A stretch of DNA of 64,000 nucleotides from Dehalococcoidia bacterium (GCA_963668465.1 OY764542.1:622949-686948), one strand, 5' to 3'; counted from the first letter of the stretch, positions 28,413 to 38,645 are shown. Program-made: numbers and translations. Notes: generated by a model not told the origin, from the sequence alone.

Positions 28413-28570
28413 GACACCCCCATCCTAACCTTCCCCATCGAGGGGGAAGGGACAAACACCCCCGATTCACCCTCACCGCGCGCTAAAGCGCGTTACCCTC
28501 TCCCATCAAGGGGAGGAGATCAGACCTCCGCCCCACGGATGCGAGGTTCCTGCCTTAGCAGGAACGACGG
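28413..28570. repeat. Composite REP-like array
   Basis: cacccccatcctaaccttccccatcgagggggaaggg; ccctcaccgcgcgctaaagcgcg..ccctctccc; ggttcctgccttagcaggaacgacg. Confidence 0.8.
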
Positions 28571-28589
28571 GCCCACACACCGCTCACAT

Positions 28590-29573
28590 TTAGTACGCCA
28601 CCAGCTCTCTGAGTTTGGCTGCTATCTTCTCTGCCGTGGGCATGTAGGCCGCTTCCAGTGTGGGGGCGAAGGGCATCGCTGGTATCTCCGGGCCCGCGCA
28701 GCGCATCACCGGGGCGTCCAGGTACTCGAAGGCGTGCTCCGCGATGAGGGCGCTGACCTCGGAGCCGATCGACACGGCGGCGTTGTCCTCGTGCACCACG
28801 AGCGCCTTGCTCGTCTTGCGCACCGACGCCAGCACCGTCTCGGTGTCGAGAGGCCGCAGCGTACGGAGGTCGACGACTTCGACGCTTACGCCCTCGTTCT
28901 CCAGTTCGGCGGCCGCCTGCAGCGAGTAGTGGAGCGTGAGGCCGTACGTGATGATCGAGGCGTCGGTCCCCTCGCGCTTCACTTCCGCCGAGCCGATGGG
29001 GACGACGTAGTCCTCATCGGGCGTCTGGCCGCGCACCGAGCGGTACGTCCGCTTGTGCTCCAGCACGATGACGGGGTCGTCGTCGCGGATGGCGGCTTTC
29101 AGCAGGCCCTTAGCGTCGTAGGGCGTCGAGGGGGCGACGACCTTCAGGCCGGGCGTGTGAGCGAAGTAGGACTCGACGCTCTGGGAGTGGTAGAGGCCGC
29201 CGCGTACGTGTCCGCCGTACGGGGAGCGCAACACCATGGGCACGTTCAGCTTGCCGTTGGAGCCGTAGCGCATGCGGGCGGCCTCGCCGATCATCTGGTT
29301 GACGGTCGGCCAGATGAAGTCCGCGAACTGCACCTCCGCGATGGGGCGCAGGCCGAAGAGCGCCGCGCCGACCGCGATGCCGGCTATCGAGGCCTCGGCG
29401 AGCGGCGTGTCGATGACGCGCTCCTCGCCGAACTCGTCGAGAAGGTCCTTGGTGGCGAGGAAGACGCCGCCGCGGCGTCCCACGTCCTCGCCCATGACGA
29501 ACACGGACGTGTCGCGCTCCATCTCCTCGCGCATCGCTTCGCGTATGGCTTCTATGACGGTGACTACTGCCAT
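28590..29573 (-). CDS. 2-oxoacid (probably branched-chain) dehydrogenase E1 beta subunit
   Basis: GEDVGRRGGVF, DTPLAE, EVQFADF, GGLYHSQS, EVVDLRTLRPLD. Confidence 0.92.
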   Translation of the reverse strand: MAVVTVIEAIREAMREEMERDTSVFVMGEDVGRRGGVFLATKDLLDEFGEERVIDTPLAEASIAGIAVGAALFGLRPIAEVQFADFIWPTVNQMIGEAARMRYGSNGKLNVPMVLRSPYGGHVRGGLYHSQSVESYFAHTPGLKVVAPSTPYDAKGLLKAAIRDDDPVIVLEHKRTYRSVRGQTPDEDYVVPIGSAEVKREGTDASIITYGLTLHYSLQAAAELENEGVSVEVVDLRTLRPLDTETVLASVRKTSKALVVHEDNAAVSIGSEVSALIAEHAFEYLDAPVMRCAGPEIPAMPFAPTLEAAYMPTAEKIAAKLRELVAY

Positions 29574-29678
29574 CGTTGCTCTCTCACGCTAGTCCTTCAC
29601 GCCCATCCCCGAATCACCCCCATCCTAACCTTCCCCCATCGAGGGGGAAGGGATCGAACACGGTGACGATAGCCATTG

Positions 29679-30701
29679 CTACGTCTCGCTCGTGACGTGG
29701 CGGAAGACGTCCTCGTCGCTGGGGAAGGGGGCGGCTTCGGCGGCGTCGGTCGCCATGTTGATCTCTTCCCGCGCGCGCTTCTTCATTGCGGCATCGCGCT
29801 CTTCGGAGAGCAAGCCTGTGCCCGTCAGGAGCGCGTGCAGCTTCTCCAAGGGGTCGCGCTTGCGGGCCTCCTCAATCTCCTCGGGGTCGCGGTAGACGGT
29901 GTCGTCGTCATCGCTGGTGTGCGGGAGGTAACGCTCGACGTCGAACTCGACGATGCTCGGCCCGCCGCCCATCGCGGCGAGCTGCACCGCGGTCGACGCC
30001 GCCTGGTACGAGGCGCGGACGTCGGTGCCGTCGACCGTCGTGCCCGGCATCGCGTAGCCCTCGGCGCGCAGCGCGTAGCGCTCGATGGCCATCTGGCGCG
30101 ACATGGGAACGGAGATGGCGTACTTGTTGTTCTCGACGAAGAAGACGATGGGCAGCTTGTGGATGGAGGCGAAGTTCATCGCCTCGTGCACCTCGCCCTG
30201 GCTCGTCGTGCCGTCGCCGAAGAAGCAGGCGACCACCGTATCCTCGCCGCGCATCTTGGCCCCGAGTGCCCAGCCGACCGCCTGCGGAACGTGCGTGCCG
30301 ATGACGTTGGAGTGGTTGATGAACTTCAGCTCCGGGGCGGCCCCGTGCTGGGGGAACTGGCGCGCGCCGGAGAGGGGTTCGCCGTCCCGCGCGAGGAAGC
30401 CACGGAGCGAGTCCTCCGCGGTGAGGCCGAGGGCTGTCGTTACTGCAAGATCGCGGTAATAGGTGAAGCAGAAGAAGTCCTGCGCGTTCTTGCGGAGAGC
30501 CCAGACGGAAGCGAGCTGCGCGGCCTCGTGGCCCTGGCTCGACGCGACGATGGCGGCCTTGCCCTGGCGGTTCATCGCCCATACGCGCTCGTCCAGCGTA
30601 CGAACGAGGAGCATGGTGGCGTAGATGTCCAGCAGGTCTTCTGTGGTCAGGGAATCTGCCGGCGCATCCGGGAGGTCGGTCTGCAGTTCCGCATCTGCCA
30701 T
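29679..30701 (-). CDS. 2-oxoacid (probably branched-chain) dehydrogenase E1 alpha subunit
   Basis: QGHEAAQ, YYRD, TPP motif FGDGTTSQGEVHEAMN..ENNKYAIS, PHTSDDD..YR. Confidence 0.92.
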   Translation of the reverse strand: MADAELQTDLPDAPADSLTTEDLLDIYATMLLVRTLDERVWAMNRQGKAAIVASSQGHEAAQLASVWALRKNAQDFFCFTYYRDLAVTTALGLTAEDSLRGFLARDGEPLSGARQFPQHGAAPELKFINHSNVIGTHVPQAVGWALGAKMRGEDTVVACFFGDGTTSQGEVHEAMNFASIHKLPIVFFVENNKYAISVPMSRQMAIERYALRAEGYAMPGTTVDGTDVRASYQAASTAVQLAAMGGGPSIVEFDVERYLPHTSDDDDTVYRDPEEIEEARKRDPLEKLHALLTGTGLLSEERDAAMKKRAREEINMATDAAEAAPFPSDEDVFRHVTSET

Positions 30702-30815
30702 CGTGGTTCGATTATCCCACACCTGCAGTGCTGTTCCGCACGCGTGATGCGGGACGTTTTCGGGGCATTCCGTACCTGTGCCCGCTACAATCGTCCCGAG
30801 ACAGGAGGTTGAAGG

Positions 30816-31988
30816 GTGCAGCAACCAAGGGACGTGCTTGTCCGGTTCCATGAGATCGGGCTGAAGGGGAAGAACCAGCCGATGTTCGTGCGGCGGCTCG
30901 TCGAGAACCTCGAACGGGCGACGGCCGGGCTCGGCGTCGAGCGGGTGTGGGCGACGCGGATGCTGGTGCGGATGCGCCTGGCGCCGGAGGCGGACTGGGA
31001 GGCGGTGCGGGCGCGAACGGCGACGGTGTTCGGCGCGGTGAAGTTCAGCATCGCGGCGCGCGCGGAGCCTGAGTACGAGGCGGTTTCGGCCCTGCTCCAC
31101 GAGACCGCGCAGGCGCAGCCTTTCTCGACGTTCCGCATCTCCGCGAACCGGACCGACAAGACGTTCCCCCTTACCTCCCATGACCTCAACGTGCGGCTCG
31201 GCGACGAGATACGCGAGGCATCCGGCGCGCGCGTCGACCTCTCGCACCCCGAGGCCGACTTCCGCGTCGTGGTGGGGCGCGACGACGCGTTCGTCTATGC
31301 GGACGACTACCGCGGCGCGGGCGGGCTGCCTGTCGGCACCGGAGGGAAGGTCGCGGTGATGATGTCGGGCGGCATCGACTCGCCGGTCGCGGCGTGGCGC
31401 ATGATGCGGCGCGGGTGCAAGGCGGTGCTGGTGCACTTCCATTCCTTCCCGCTCGTGGAGGGGCGCTCGCGGGACAAGGCGAAAGAGCTCGCGGAGTCGC
31501 TCAACGGCTGGCAGTACGACACCCGCCTCCACCTCGTGCCGTTCGCCGACGTGCAACGCCGCGTGATACTGGAGGTGCCGGGCCCGCTGCGCGTCGTCGC
31601 GTACCGGCGCTTCATGGTGCGCATCGCGGAGGCGATCGCCGTGCGGGAGGGGGCGCAGGCGCTCGTGACTGGCGAGAGCCTCGGGCAGGTCGGCTCGCAG
31701 ACGCTGCGCAACATCGCGACCGTCGACGAGGCGGCGTCGATGCCGATACTGCGCCCGCTCGTGGGCATGGACAAGAGCGAGATCATCGACCAGGCGGAGG
31801 CGATCGGGACGTTCGAGACGTCGATCCAGCCGGACGAGGACTGCTGCACGCTGTTCGTGCCGCGCTCGCCGGCGACTGCCGTCAAGCCCGAGCATATCGC
31901 CGAGCACGAGGCGCGGCTGGACGTGGGCGCGCTTGTGGCGGAGGCGGTGGGGGCGGCGGAGCTGTTCGAGTACCACGCGCCTGTTTGA
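30816..31988 (+). CDS. thiI: tRNA 4-thiouridine(8) synthase
   Basis: EIGLKGKN, THUMP domain, GGLPVGTGG, MSGGIDSPVA, TGESLGQVGSQT, EDCC. Confidence 0.92.
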   Translation: MQQPRDVLVRFHEIGLKGKNQPMFVRRLVENLERATAGLGVERVWATRMLVRMRLAPEADWEAVRARTATVFGAVKFSIAARAEPEYEAVSALLHETAQAQPFSTFRISANRTDKTFPLTSHDLNVRLGDEIREASGARVDLSHPEADFRVVVGRDDAFVYADDYRGAGGLPVGTGGKVAVMMSGGIDSPVAAWRMMRRGCKAVLVHFHSFPLVEGRSRDKAKELAESLNGWQYDTRLHLVPFADVQRRVILEVPGPLRVVAYRRFMVRIAEAIAVREGAQALVTGESLGQVGSQTLRNIATVDEAASMPILRPLVGMDKSEIIDQAEAIGTFETSIQPDEDCCTLFVPRSPATAVKPEHIAEHEARLDVGALVAEAVGAAELFEYHAPV

Positions 31989-32047
31989 CGAGCCATGCGG
32001 CCGGTGATAACAAGCGGGGAAGTCTCAATAACCAGGGAGGAACCCCC

Positions 32048-32824
32048 ATGTCACGCGAAATCGACAAAGTCAAAAGGGAAGTCGCCATCGCCAACCGCGT
32101 TCTGTCGGAGATGGGACTCGCCACGCACATCCTCGCCTCGCTTGGGCACGTCAGCATGCGCGTCCCCAACCAGCCGGACCTGTTCGTCGTGAAGGGGCGC
32201 GGCTACGCGACAGACGCCCTGCCCGTCGTGCGGCCGGAGGAGATGATCGTCGTCGACATGGACGGCAACTTCATCGACGGCCCGAAGGGCACCTCGCAGT
32301 GCTACGAGGTCAAGATGCACTCGTGCATCTACCGCGAGCGTCCGGAGGTGTTGTCGGTCGTCCACACGCACCCCCGCTACACGAACGTCCTCGGCCTGAA
32401 CGACGTGAAGCTCAAGGCGATGTCGAACGAGGGGCACCAGCTCGTGCGGAACGACATCCCCGTCTTCCCGCACTCCAAGCTCATCATCACGGAAGAGGAC
32501 GGCATGCAGGTCGTCGGCGCCATCGGCAACAGCCCGGCGCTCCTTCTGCGCGGGCACGGCGCGGTGACGACGGGCCGCAACATGGAGCAGTCCGTGATGA
32601 ACATGCTGCACCTGGAGGAGCAGTCGCGCCTCAACTGGGTGGCGCTCGCCGCGTTCGGCCCGGACTACAAGGGCATCCCCGACGAGAGCATGGACGAGTT
32701 CGCGGCGGGACAGGCCGCGATGAGCCAAGCCCCGCACCTCGCGCGTCCGCTCGCCAACATGCCCCCCATCCCCATGGGCGGCGTCTGGAAGTACTACACG
32801 GAGCTGGTGAGCCGGGACTTGTAG
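32048..32824 (+). CDS. Class II aldolase/adducin family protein
   Basis: GHVSMR, EVKMHSCIYRERP, VVHTH, LLRGHG. Confidence 0.85.
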   Translation: MSREIDKVKREVAIANRVLSEMGLATHILASLGHVSMRVPNQPDLFVVKGRGYATDALPVVRPEEMIVVDMDGNFIDGPKGTSQCYEVKMHSCIYRERPEVLSVVHTHPRYTNVLGLNDVKLKAMSNEGHQLVRNDIPVFPHSKLIITEEDGMQVVGAIGNSPALLLRGHGAVTTGRNMEQSVMNMLHLEEQSRLNWVALAAFGPDYKGIPDESMDEFAAGQAAMSQAPHLARPLANMPPIPMGGVWKYYTELVSRDL

Positions 32825-32831
32825 TGGCTGG

Positions 32832-33590
32832 ATGCAGGGCGGAACAGACATCGTCTGCCAAGAGTGCGGACGCCGGAACAGTCCTGGGGCACGGTTCTGC
32901 GACAACTGTGGCTCTCGGATCGATGGTGTCTGCAGCAACTGCGGGCATCAAAATGAGCCTGGCGTCAGATTCTGCAACAGCTGTGGGCAGGGCCTAACCC
33001 AAAGGACGAGCGAGGCACCATCAGAGACAGCTTCGGATACTCCGACGCCTCAGGGCAGAGTCTGTCCTCGGTGCATGCACCGCAACGACGAAGGAGCGCA
33101 GTTCTGCTACAGCTGCGGGCTACCGCTCACCGATGAGCACCTGCGGGCATCTCCGCCAGTCATCGGAGCCTTCCGACAGGGCACTCCGGGCGGATTCTGG
33201 GCGCGGGTTGTTGCTTTCATCATTGACTCAGTCGTTCTAATGGCCCTGAACCTAGGAATGTATGTCCTGTTAGGGGAGGACATTTCAAACTACTCCGACC
33301 CCGACGCTCCGTATGTATTCGTTGACTTTCTCGGATTCGTCGTAGGCGTCCTGTACGCACCCGTGCTTATCGGCCTGTGGAGTACGACCATCGGCAAACG
33401 CGCTCTGAATCTCTACGTTGTGCGAGAGGATGGCGCACGCTGTGGTTTCTGGCGAGCCTTTGGTCGCTCTGCCGCGTCCATAGTTTCGCTGCTCCCGCTC
33501 GGTATCGGCTTCCTCATGGTGGCATTCAGAGCGGACAAGCGCGCCCTGCACGACCTGATAGCAGGCACTGCCGTCATACAACGCTCTTGA
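32832..33590 (+). CDS. Zinc-ribbon repeat + RDD family membrane protein
   Basis: Three CxxC..N...FCxxCG units; FWARVVAFIID, TIGKR, RALHDLIAGT. Confidence 0.85.
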   Translation: MQGGTDIVCQECGRRNSPGARFCDNCGSRIDGVCSNCGHQNEPGVRFCNSCGQGLTQRTSEAPSETASDTPTPQGRVCPRCMHRNDEGAQFCYSCGLPLTDEHLRASPPVIGAFRQGTPGGFWARVVAFIIDSVVLMALNLGMYVLLGEDISNYSDPDAPYVFVDFLGFVVGVLYAPVLIGLWSTTIGKRALNLYVVREDGARCGFWRAFGRSAASIVSLLPLGIGFLMVAFRADKRALHDLIAGTAVIQRS

Positions 33591-34456
33591 GCGCCCCCGC
33601 CATCCTCCTCATTTCCTTTGCCCCTGGCCTGTTCTGGCTGTGGTTCTTCCTCAGGTTAGACCGCATCCGGCCCTCGTCACGCCGCTGGATAGCGCTGAGC
33701 TTCTTCTTCGGAATGCTCTTCACGATCCCTGCTGTCGTGATCGAAGCGCTCCTCCTGCAGGATGACCCTTTCGAACCCGGAGCGACGCTCGCTTCCGTGT
33801 CCGCCACCATGCTCTTCGTCGTAGGCCCGGTGGAAGAGGCAAGCAAGTTCCTGGCGATCCGGCTGGCGGTCTATCGTTCGCTCTACTTCGAGGAGCCTAT
33901 GCACGGGCTGGTGTACGGCGCGGCAGCGAGTCTGGGCTTCGCCTCGCTGGAGAACCTCTTCTATGTGCTCACCTTCGGGCCAGAGGTGATGATTCTTCGA
34001 GCCCCTTTCAGCACGCTCGCGCACCTCGTGTTCGGAAGCCTTTGGGGATATGGGCTCGGGATGCGGCGTGCAGGCCACGGGGCATGGATCGTGTGGATGG
34101 GCTTGGTCGGCGCAGCAATCTTTCATGCCGCGTCGAATATCTTGCTGTTCACAGATGCTCCATGGCTTGCCCTTCTAGTGAATGCCGTTGGCGCAGTAGC
34201 AGCCTACAGGCTGTTCAAATGGGGCCAACGGGTCTCGCCGTTCCGCTACCGCCGGAACGTTCCGCTCATCCCTTGCACAGGATGCGGGCGCTTCATTCGA
34301 ATCATCAGTGCGTCCTGCCAGTTCTGCGGCGCGAGACAGGTTGTGCGAGACGCCCCCTTCATCATCTGCGGCAACTGTGAATCCATGAACCGCCCCAACG
34401 CCGCCTACTGCACGCAGTGCGGCGACAGGCTACTGAGGCAACTGCCGAGTTCATAA
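33587..34456 (+). CDS. PrsW-family intramembrane metalloprotease with C-terminal double zinc ribbon
   Basis: EEASK, GFASLEN, HLVFG, HAASN motifs; CxxC x4 C-terminus; TTGA overlap with upstream gene. Confidence 0.8.
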   Translation: MSAPAILLISFAPGLFWLWFFLRLDRIRPSSRRWIALSFFFGMLFTIPAVVIEALLLQDDPFEPGATLASVSATMLFVVGPVEEASKFLAIRLAVYRSLYFEEPMHGLVYGAAASLGFASLENLFYVLTFGPEVMILRAPFSTLAHLVFGSLWGYGLGMRRAGHGAWIVWMGLVGAAIFHAASNILLFTDAPWLALLVNAVGAVAAYRLFKWGQRVSPFRYRRNVPLIPCTGCGRFIRIISASCQFCGARQVVRDAPFIICGNCESMNRPNAAYCTQCGDRLLRQLPSS

Positions 34457-34495
34457 AGCCCGCAGCCGCTGACCAACCCGATATACTTGCGCCCC

Positions 34496-35284
34496 ATGAG
34501 CGACAAGGTACTCGTCGAGGTGGCCGACGGCGTGGGGACGATCACGCTGAACCGGCCGGGGCAGCACAACGCCATCGACTTCGAGATGTGGGGGCTGCTA
34601 CGCGATGCGGCGCTGCGGGTGGGCGCGGACGAGAGCGTGCGCGTCGTCATTCTCACGGGCGCGGGGGAGAAGGCGTTCTCGGCGGGGGCCGACATCAAGG
34701 ATTTCCCGGCGCACCGGAGCAACAGCGACCTCGCGCGCGACTACGCGGACGCCTTCGAAGGGGCACTGGATGCGGTGGAGCAGATGCCGAAGCCGGTCAT
34801 CTGCATGATCCGCGGGATATGCGTCGGCGGGGGCTGCGAGCTGTCGATGGCGGCGGACCTGCGCATCGCGGCGACGGGCAGCACGTTCGGGGTGCCGGTC
34901 GCGAAGATCGGGGTGCTGGTGGGGTACAACGAGATGCGGCGACTCTTACACCTCGTAGGACCCGGGCACGCGGCGAACCTGCTGCTGACCGCTCGACGCA
35001 TCGACGAGCAGGAAGCGCTGCGCATCGGGCTGCTGTCGGAGGTCGTCGACGCTGATCGGCTGGTGGAGCACACGTACGGACTGGCAAGGGAGATGACGAC
35101 GTTCGCCCCGCTTTCACAGTCCGCACACAAGCGCATCGCCCGCACGGTTCTCGCGAAACCCAGTCTCACAGCCCTCACGGATGAGGAGCGCTGGCTGCCT
35201 CTGTCCATCTTCGACACGGAGGACGGACAGGAGGGGTACAGGGCCTTCATGGAGAAGCGCCCGCCGCGCTTCCAGGGGAGGTAG
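34496..35284 (+). CDS. Enoyl-CoA hydratase/isomerase family protein
   Basis: ITLNRP..NAI, AFSAGADI, GGGCEL..AADLRIA, AFMEKRPPRFQG. Confidence 0.9.
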   Translation: MSDKVLVEVADGVGTITLNRPGQHNAIDFEMWGLLRDAALRVGADESVRVVILTGAGEKAFSAGADIKDFPAHRSNSDLARDYADAFEGALDAVEQMPKPVICMIRGICVGGGCELSMAADLRIAATGSTFGVPVAKIGVLVGYNEMRRLLHLVGPGHAANLLLTARRIDEQEALRIGLLSEVVDADRLVEHTYGLAREMTTFAPLSQSAHKRIARTVLAKPSLTALTDEERWLPLSIFDTEDGQEGYRAFMEKRPPRFQGR

Positions 35285-35317
35285 GGCGATGCGTAGCGCC
35301 GCGTCTGCTCTGCCAAA

Positions 35318-35630
35318 TCACCCCCATCCTAGCCTTCCCCCATCAAGGGGGAAGGGACCGGGCACACCCGAGAGATTCCTCGGCTCCGCTCGGAATGACA
35401 AGCCGCTCCACGCACCGCCGAATCACCCCCATCCTAGCCTTCCCCCATCAGGGGGGAAGGGACCGGACACACCCGAGAGATTTCTCGGCTCCGCTCGGAA
35501 TGACAAGCCGCTCCACGCCCCGCCGGTTCACCCCCATCCTGGCCTTCACCCATCAAGGGGGAAGGGGCCGGGCGCCCTACCCCACAGGCACACCCCCATC
35601 CTGACCTTCCCCCGTCGAGAGAGATGGGAT
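35318..35630. repeat. BIME-like tandem array, 105-bp unit x ~2.5
   Basis: tcacccccatcct.gccttc starts at 35318, 35423 and 35528; first two units followed by gagagatt.ctcggctccgctcggaatgaca. Confidence 0.88.
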
Positions 35631-35654
35631 CAGCAAGGGTCGCGGAGGTAGCCG

Positions 35655-36836
35655 ATGCCTCCCATGCCGCTGGAGGGCGTCACTGTCCTCGACTGCACGC
35701 AGGTGATGGCCGGGCCGTTCTGCACGATGCTGCTCGCGGACATGGGGGCGGACGTCATCAAGGTGGAGAAGCCGGGGGGCGACGATTCGCGGCGCATGGG
35801 GCCGCCGTTCATCAATGGGGAGTCCGCGGCATTTCTCGGCATCAACCGCAACAAGCGGAGCATCGTCCTCGACCTGCGGAACGAGGTCGACCGCAGCGTC
35901 CTGCGCCGCATCGCCGCGCAGGCGGACGTTATCGCCGAGAACTTCCGGCCGGGCACGATGGAGCGGCTCGGCCTCGGGCCTGTGGAACTGCGTGAGGGGC
36001 ACCCGGAGCTCATCTGGGTCTCCATCTCCGGCTTCGGGCAGACGGGGCCATACGCCAGCCGCCCGGGCTACGACCTGCTGGCGCAGGGTATGTCCGGCAT
36101 GATGAGCGTGACCGGCTACCCGGACTCGCCGCCGGTCAAGGTGAGCATCCCGCTCGCCGATCTGAGCGCCGGGCTGTTCACGGCCAACGGCGTGCTCGCC
36201 GCATACATCCACCGGCTCAAGACCAGCGAGGGGCAGGTCATCGACACCTCGCTGCTCGAGGCCGCCATCGCCCTCACCGTCTGGGAGGCCGCCGAGTACT
36301 GGGGCTCAGGCGTCGTGCCCGGCCCCAAGGGGTCGGCGCACCGGCTCGTTGCCCCGTACCAGGCGATGGAGAGCGCCGACGGCTACTTCAACATCGGCGT
36401 GGCGAACCAGGCCAACTACGAACGCCTCTGCGGGGCGCTCGAGCGCCCCGACCTGCTGTCGGACTCCCGCTTCGCCGCGAACCCGGACCGCGTCCGCAAC
36501 TACGAGGCGCTGGCCGAGGAGATACAGCTAACGACGCGCACGCGCACGTCCGGGGAGTGGCTCGCCGTGTTCGAGGCCGCAGGCGTCCCCGCGGGGCCGA
36601 TCTACGGCATGGACGAGGTCTTCGCGAACGAGCACGTCGTCGCTCGCGGGATGGTTGCGCCTCTGGAGCACCCGGTGGCGGGGGTCATCAACAACCTCGG
36701 CATCCCGGTCAAGATGTCGGCGACGCCCGGGCAGGTGCGGATGCCGGCCCCTACCCTCGGTCAGCACACCGAGAGCGTGCTGCGGCAGTTCGGGGTGCCG
36801 GAGGAGGAGGCGGGGGTGATTCTGGGGCGAGGGTAG
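35655..36836 (+). CDS. CaiB/BaiF class III CoA-transferase
   Basis: AGPFCTMLLADMGADVIKVE, NRNKRS, ENFRPG, SISGFGQTGP, PTLGQH. Confidence 0.9.
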   Translation: MPPMPLEGVTVLDCTQVMAGPFCTMLLADMGADVIKVEKPGGDDSRRMGPPFINGESAAFLGINRNKRSIVLDLRNEVDRSVLRRIAAQADVIAENFRPGTMERLGLGPVELREGHPELIWVSISGFGQTGPYASRPGYDLLAQGMSGMMSVTGYPDSPPVKVSIPLADLSAGLFTANGVLAAYIHRLKTSEGQVIDTSLLEAAIALTVWEAAEYWGSGVVPGPKGSAHRLVAPYQAMESADGYFNIGVANQANYERLCGALERPDLLSDSRFAANPDRVRNYEALAEEIQLTTRTRTSGEWLAVFEAAGVPAGPIYGMDEVFANEHVVARGMVAPLEHPVAGVINNLGIPVKMSATPGQVRMPAPTLGQHTESVLRQFGVPEEEAGVILGRG

Positions 36837-36854
36837 GTCGGAGTGGGGGGCAGG

Positions 36855-37116
36855 ACACCCCCTTCCTAGCCTTCCCCCATCAAGGGGGAAGGGGCGCGCT
36901 AAAGCGCGGGACAGGGCACCCACAAGGGATGCCCCTACACCGGACACCCCGATGTGTGACCTGGCGGTCTCACTGGATTCCCGCCTTCGCGGGAAAGACG
37001 GGTGAGGGGCTGGGAGGTTCCTGCCTTCGCAGGAACGACGGACGAGTACGGGACGCGGGGGCGGTTCGCGGACCGCCCCTACACCGGGCAATTCCCTGGC
37101 TTCGCTCGGGATGACA
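36855..37116. repeat. Composite REP-like array
   Basis: ccttcccccatcaagggggaagg; gggcacccacaagggatgcccctac; ctggattcccgccttcgcgggaa; ggttcctgccttcgcaggaacgac; ggggcggttcgcggaccgcccctac. Confidence 0.85.
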
Positions 37117-37122
37117 CTTGCG

Positions 37123-37935
37123 CTAGTCCTCGACGATTGCGAGGGCGCCGTCGCGGACGGTGACCTGGTGGCCGGAGAAGTCCATGGACGCCTGCGCGGC
37201 GAGGACGTAGCGGTCGCCGACGGAGTCGACCTGGGCGGGACGCGGGCTCTCGCGGGCCCATTGGGGGCTGTCCTCGGTGACGATGCCGCCGCCACCGCCG
37301 GGGATGCCTGCGCCTGTCTCGCGGGATCGTTCGTCCCCGCCGCCGCTGCCGGGGCCCATGCTCAGGACGCAGATGTTGAACTCGCGCTCTTCCTCGGCGA
37401 CGAACTTGGCGAACGCCCGGATGGAGAGCTTCGAGACGCCGTAGACGCACGTACCGATGTTGGGCGGGGCGCCGGCGCGCACCTTAAGCGTCCCCTGCCC
37501 GAAGTGGATGACGTGCCCGGCGTTGAGCGACTCCATGTACGGGAGGACGTGCTTCGTGCAGAGGAACGTGCCGCCGAGGTTGGTGCGCATCACGCGGTCG
37601 AAGAACGACTCGTCCATGTCGCGGATGCGGGGCCAGCGGGGCGCGCCCTCGTGGAAGTGCGTCACGATGGCGGCGTCGTTGATGAGCACGTCGATGCGTC
37701 CGTACTGCCGGTAGACGCGGTCCATCAGCGAGCGCACGTCGTTCTCGACGCAGACGTCGGTGCGGACGGCTATCGCCTCCGCGCCGAGGGCGCGCACCTC
37801 GCCCATCACCGTCTCCATGGGGGCGACGTCGGCGATGGCGAGCCTCGCGCCCTCCTTCGCGAACGTCTTCGCCACCCACCGGCCGATGCCCTTCGCGCCG
37901 CCCGTGACGACGACCACCTTGCCTTCGACTGACAT
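37123..37935 (-). CDS. Short-chain dehydrogenase/reductase
   Basis: TGGAKGIG, IDVLIN.A, YGVSK. Confidence 0.85.
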   Translation of the reverse strand: MSVEGKVVVVTGGAKGIGRWVAKTFAKEGARLAIADVAPMETVMGEVRALGAEAIAVRTDVCVENDVRSLMDRVYRQYGRIDVLINDAAIVTHFHEGAPRWPRIRDMDESFFDRVMRTNLGGTFLCTKHVLPYMESLNAGHVIHFGQGTLKVRAGAPPNIGTCVYGVSKLSIRAFAKFVAEEEREFNICVLSMGPGSGGGDERSRETGAGIPGGGGGIVTEDSPQWARESPRPAQVDSVGDRYVLAAQASMDFSGHQVTVRDGALAIVED

Positions 37936-37963
37936 GCCGCGCCTCCTTTCGTGCCGCTCGTTC

Positions 37964-38356
37964 CTAACCCTCCAGCAACTCGTAGATCATTATGCGGTTG
38001 CCGCACGTGTCGTCGAAGATGGCCTGCGAGCCGCCCGCAGCGTCTATCGGAATTATCGAGAACACGACGCCCAGCGCCTCGAGGCGTTCGTACTCGGCCT
38101 GGATGTCGTCGACGGCGAAGGCCGCGTGCGGGATGCCTTGTTCGAAGATCGCCTGCTGGTACGCCTGCGCGGCGGGGTTGTCGTTCGGCTCCAGGAGGAG
38201 CTCGGCGCCGTCCGGCGCTTCCGGTGAGACGACTGTCAGATACTTGAACTGCCCCACGGGGAAGTCGTCCTTCTTCACGAAGCCCAGCACGTTGGTATAG
38301 AACGCCAGCGCTTTGTCCTGGTCGTCCACGTGGATGCTGGTGAGTTCGATCCGCAT
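37964..38356 (-). CDS. VOC/glyoxalase family protein
   Basis: IHVDDQDKALAFYTNVLGF, FAVDDI, FDDTCGN. Confidence 0.88.
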   Translation of the reverse strand: MRIELTSIHVDDQDKALAFYTNVLGFVKKDDFPVGQFKYLTVVSPEAPDGAELLLEPNDNPAAQAYQQAIFEQGIPHAAFAVDDIQAEYERLEALGVVFSIIPIDAAGGSQAIFDDTCGNRIMIYELLEG

Positions 38357-38443
38357 ACTGGTTCGCTCCTTATCGGGGATGGGCGGGGAGTGTACTACGG
38401 CGGGCGCTCCTCGATAGGAGGCTGCGCGCCGAGGCGCGGGGCC

Positions 38444-38625
38444 GGGCGCCCACAAGAGACGCCCCTACACCGGGCACCGCCCTGCCCCGCCGAGCACCCC
38501 CATCCCAGCCTTCCCCCAAGGGGAAGCCAGGCAGGGCGCCCACAAGGGACGCCCCTACACCGGGCACCGCCCTGCCCCGCCAAGCACCCCCATCCCAGCC
38601 TTCCCCCATCGAGGGGGAAGGGGCC
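38444..38625. repeat. 90-bp tandem duplication of two REP modules
   Basis: gggcgcccacaag.gacgcccctacaccgggcaccgccctgccccgcc.agcacccccatcccagccttccccc at 38444 and 38534. Confidence 0.85.
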
Positions 38626-38645
38626 AGGCCAGGCACGCTGGATTC

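Noticed and set aside
35318-35630. Possible CRISPR array (also 38444-38625 and 58699-58780)
   Set aside because: Inter-repeat segments are themselves repeated or too short, units are REP modules found genome-wide, and no cas genes are present.
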